Assembly (NCBI GenBank): GCA_024137785.1
Contig: JAHRHZ010000145.1
Span: 20,916,498-20,980,497, forward strand
Length of the DNA stretch: 64,000 bases
Origin: Ginglymostoma cirratum
Lineage: Eukaryota
Direction: 5' to 3'
Shown: positions 60,960 through 64,000 of the stretch, in pieces
How the letters are laid out: each line of letters starts with the position of its first letter
Numbering within the stretch: the first letter of the stretch is position 1
The notes under the pieces: generated by a model
Databases searched by the model: none
The model's input: the letters and a program-made list of their open reading frames with translations, nothing else
What the model was told of the DNA's origin: nothing
Translations under genes and position numbers: made by a program

Positions 60960-61265
60960 CATTGCAAAGGGACTAGAATAGTCATCCTTAACAAAGATGA
61001 TATTAACAAAATGCAGGCAATTGTTAATGACTGGTCCAAATTTGTTATTCGTTGGACCTGCCACACAACACCTGAACAGACAGCTATATGTGCAAACAGC
61101 AAACTGCTACTGCCATTTTTGATGGAGTTCTCCATTAACACTGAAGGATTCCTTCTCATTTGTAAATACTGCACAGGACCTCCATATCAATAGCAATGAT
61201 GTTGCTAGCCTATTCACCAATGTATCACTTGAAGAAGCTATAGATATCCGCACTGCAGCATTAAT
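60960..61265 (+). mobile_element. Penelope-like reverse transcriptase relic
   Basis: KGTRIVILNKDDINKMQAIVNDWSKF (cf. DKG..VVI....Y..KM...L.D...F) and 61198-61251 DVASLFTNVSLEEAIDIR (cf. FDV.SLFTNVP..E.I). Confidence 0.7.
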
Positions 61266-63282
61266 ATCATGGCAATCCACATCTCAACAAAAGAGCCCTG
61301 TACCTTTAAGACGATTACATGGCATCAAGGCATGTGCCATTCTGGTATAAAGCTACACGCCTCATCTTCAGTCACTCTAGGTAATGGAGTCAGTGCAGTG
61401 TCGTCACTCAGTCAACTGTTCGTGCTGATAAATACATGATCACTAAGTACAAAGCAACTTTAAGATTTTGGATAGCTACCTTAAATACATGTGCTAATCC
61501 TCTTGGCAATGGTTTACCTTCTCAGCTCTCATGTTTAGGATTCAGATCCACACAGTTCTCTCCTCCTACACTCATTCAACCATATGTGCACAATTATTAG
61601 AAAGAATGGAGAAAATGATACAATGAATGCAATCAATCAATCAGCATGCATACAGTTATCCCGGCTTGTAACAGACAAAGCATGAGTTTGAAATGTTTGA
61701 AACACATGGGTTTGTGGAAAAAGATTATGTCTTTATGTCCAGCCTAGTCCATGTGATATTGTAATGACCAATGGTCAAGTCTGTGGCAATAGGCAACATA
61801 TCTGAACTGCAAGTCTTCAACCACCCACAGGATGACAACATGGATACTTTAGAAATTGTGCGAAATAACAACTTAATGTCAATCACAAATGATGCTATGC
61901 ATCTATGATAGCACACCATTGAGTGAAGCAAGTGATAACCATATAAGGACCAGATCTGGCCATGTCGTATGTCCACCAAAATTATTGTCTAAATGTATAT
62001 ATCTATCTGCAGTCTTGTGTATGTTTGTTAGGAAAAATGTGTTTCCCTTCAAAGAATGGGAAGGGTGATGCTGTAATTTGGCACTGATTCCAGATCAGAC
62101 AGGTGACACGTGACCGTCTGATATAAAGGGATCCTCCTCAACTTTAGTTACTGTGTCATGGAACCATATAAAGTCTTCAGTTAGTCAGCTATAGGGACAT
62201 TATATACAATAATCATAGACCATGTATGTAAGTCTGTGATATAGTAGCTGTGCATATGTTAATGTTGTTAATAAAGTTCAAGATGTCTGTCTCAGTGAGA
62301 TTCCAAGTCTAGGTGACTCTGTTATGGTGGGCTAACATGGAAAACTAAATAATTACCCTTTGCTCCAACTTGCATATCATCTATCTCCAGTCTCATGTAA
62401 CACAATTTGCATATTTAAATGAATTTTGACAATGATCATAAAGAACATAACAGCCAGCGATAATACAAGAACTTAATGTGGATATAATTTCTTGAAGATT
62501 TAATGACATGCATTTGCCTTTATGTTTGGAGGTAAAAATCTCCTTTATATTTCATTCCCTAGCTGCAGTAATGCAGGTGTCATTTACCAGACAGGTTACA
62601 AGTGATGCATTGACTAATACAAAGTCCATAAATGGATGTACCAACTGAGCAGTTATAAATGGACATCACTCCCACTTAGCAACCCTCATGTTCCCATTTG
62701 TTACAGATGCATCTTTGTCTGGGTTGAACCAAATTCAAAATAAGCATGTATTTTTAACCTTGTTTTATTCGTTCCAAAGTCCAGGACTGACTCAGATGCG
62801 ATCATAAGATTAAATCTGTAAACTCTGAAGAGCAAGTGATGAATAGACTGTAACTGTACACTGAAACACTTAGAACAACTTGCATTTCGAAGAACACAGG
62901 TGACCTATGTGTCAGATTTGTCTTGCTTAGCATCTTATCATTCAAGCACTCTATAGATGATTTATAAACCAACTTCAGCAATTCCAAAATATCTTGCAAA
63001 GTCCTAAGATTATTGCATTATAGTTAAGATAAGGTTATATTCACTTTCAGGCACCTAGCTCTGCTAGCATAAGCCAGAGCTCTTAGACAACACTCCAACA
63101 TTACATTCACTGAAGCAAACCATGCAGGTTTGCTTCTGCTTGGACTCTTCCAGCTACAGCATCCACAGACAATAATTAATCTGGCCCATGGATACTAGCC
63201 ATTAACTTATTTATTACATTGTAAGGCTAACACAGATTTAACACTGTATCACACCCCCGCTACAATTTGTCTGTATTATGTT

Positions 63283-63500
63283 AGACCATAAGACATAGGA
63301 GCAGAAATAGGCTATTTGGCCCATTGAGTCTGCTCCACCATTCAATAAGATCTGGCTGTTCTGACAATCCTCAGCTTCACTTTCTTGCCTTTTCCCCATA
63401 ACCCTGGAAGCTCTTCATGATTAATAATCTGTCCGTCTTAGCCCTGGATATACTTAGTGATGTAGCCTTTATAGCCTGCTGTGGTGAATAATTCAAAAGA
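63283..63500 (-). mobile_element. CR1 3' terminal fragment
   Basis: accataagacataggagcagaaataggc...ctccaccattcaat; homologous to 40430-40600. Confidence 0.75.
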
Positions 63501-64000
63501 TTTGTTTGAGTTATGTATTATTTTTAGATCAATTTTCTTTGAGAATTTTTGTTACAGTTACAAATGGGGAATCATAGCTTTCCAATGAAATGAATCACCA
63601 CAATTTGAAATTATCCAATGAGATCTCAATGTCCTTAACTGTTGGCAGCACTGTTATAATCATAGAGCATCTGGATAAAACATGCAATCCAAAAGATGAT
63701 TGATGTAATAAACCAACTACCTATGTCCCACATTCTCCTATACATTTCTGTGTTACACAGCTAAACCATCACTGGTTTTCCTAAAGAAGAGAACCATAGT
63801 GGCTCATCAACACCTCAGGGGAGGTAAATAAAGCTGTATTTCCATGTCTTTCCATATTGTTGTAAGAGAAACAACATGTTGTAAGTTTCAAAAAGTGTGA
63901 GCCCAAAGTTATACCTAAGGATAAAAAATAACAAGTACAATAATTGGTAGTAGAATGATAGAAACGTAGAAAACAGGAACAAGGGTAGGTCATTCAGCCC

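Noticed and set aside
61700-62340. Possible Gypsy 3' end or LTR (purine tract followed by TG near 62068, AATAAA near 62270, ending in CA)
   Set aside because: No second LTR or convincing pol motif; too degenerate to call
1-64000. CRISPR arrays, operons or prokaryotic defence systems
   Set aside because: The sequence is vertebrate; no regularly spaced repeats or long intronless ORFs

Overview
Eukaryotic genomic DNA, most likely from a cartilaginous fish (shark); this is inferred from the HE1-like and Deu-domain SINEs and the CR1/HER1-type LINEs. The window holds one complete protein-coding gene on the + strand, the PEA3-subfamily ETS transcription factor ETV5 (ERM). I reconstructed it by hand as 12 coding exons from 28226 to 54204 (1518 nt, 505 aa) with all-GT/AG introns and consistent phases. 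It has a CpG-rich, CCAAT-box promoter at about 27.2-27.5 kb, a probable non-coding first exon and tandem AATAAA signals near 55.75 kb. The rest is mostly decayed transposable elements: CR1, L2, RTE and APE-type LINE fragments, tRNA-derived SINEs, a PIF/Harbinger transposase relic and Penelope-like pieces. There is one 400-N assembly gap. Nearly all ORF-track entries are spurious or TE debris. The most interesting signals are: (i) an apparently intact minimal type-I hammerhead ribozyme, present as a 131-bp inverted pair with a 16-bp target-site duplication inside an ETV5 intron, with degenerate relatives across the window; (ii) Capicua/AP-1/ETS motif clusters, including an identical 16-mer shared by the promoter and an intron; (iii) an overlapping upstream ORF across the ETV5 start codon. 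No database search was possible. Family assignments rest on motif recognition, repeat boundaries are approximate, and I cannot claim that any of this is a new system.
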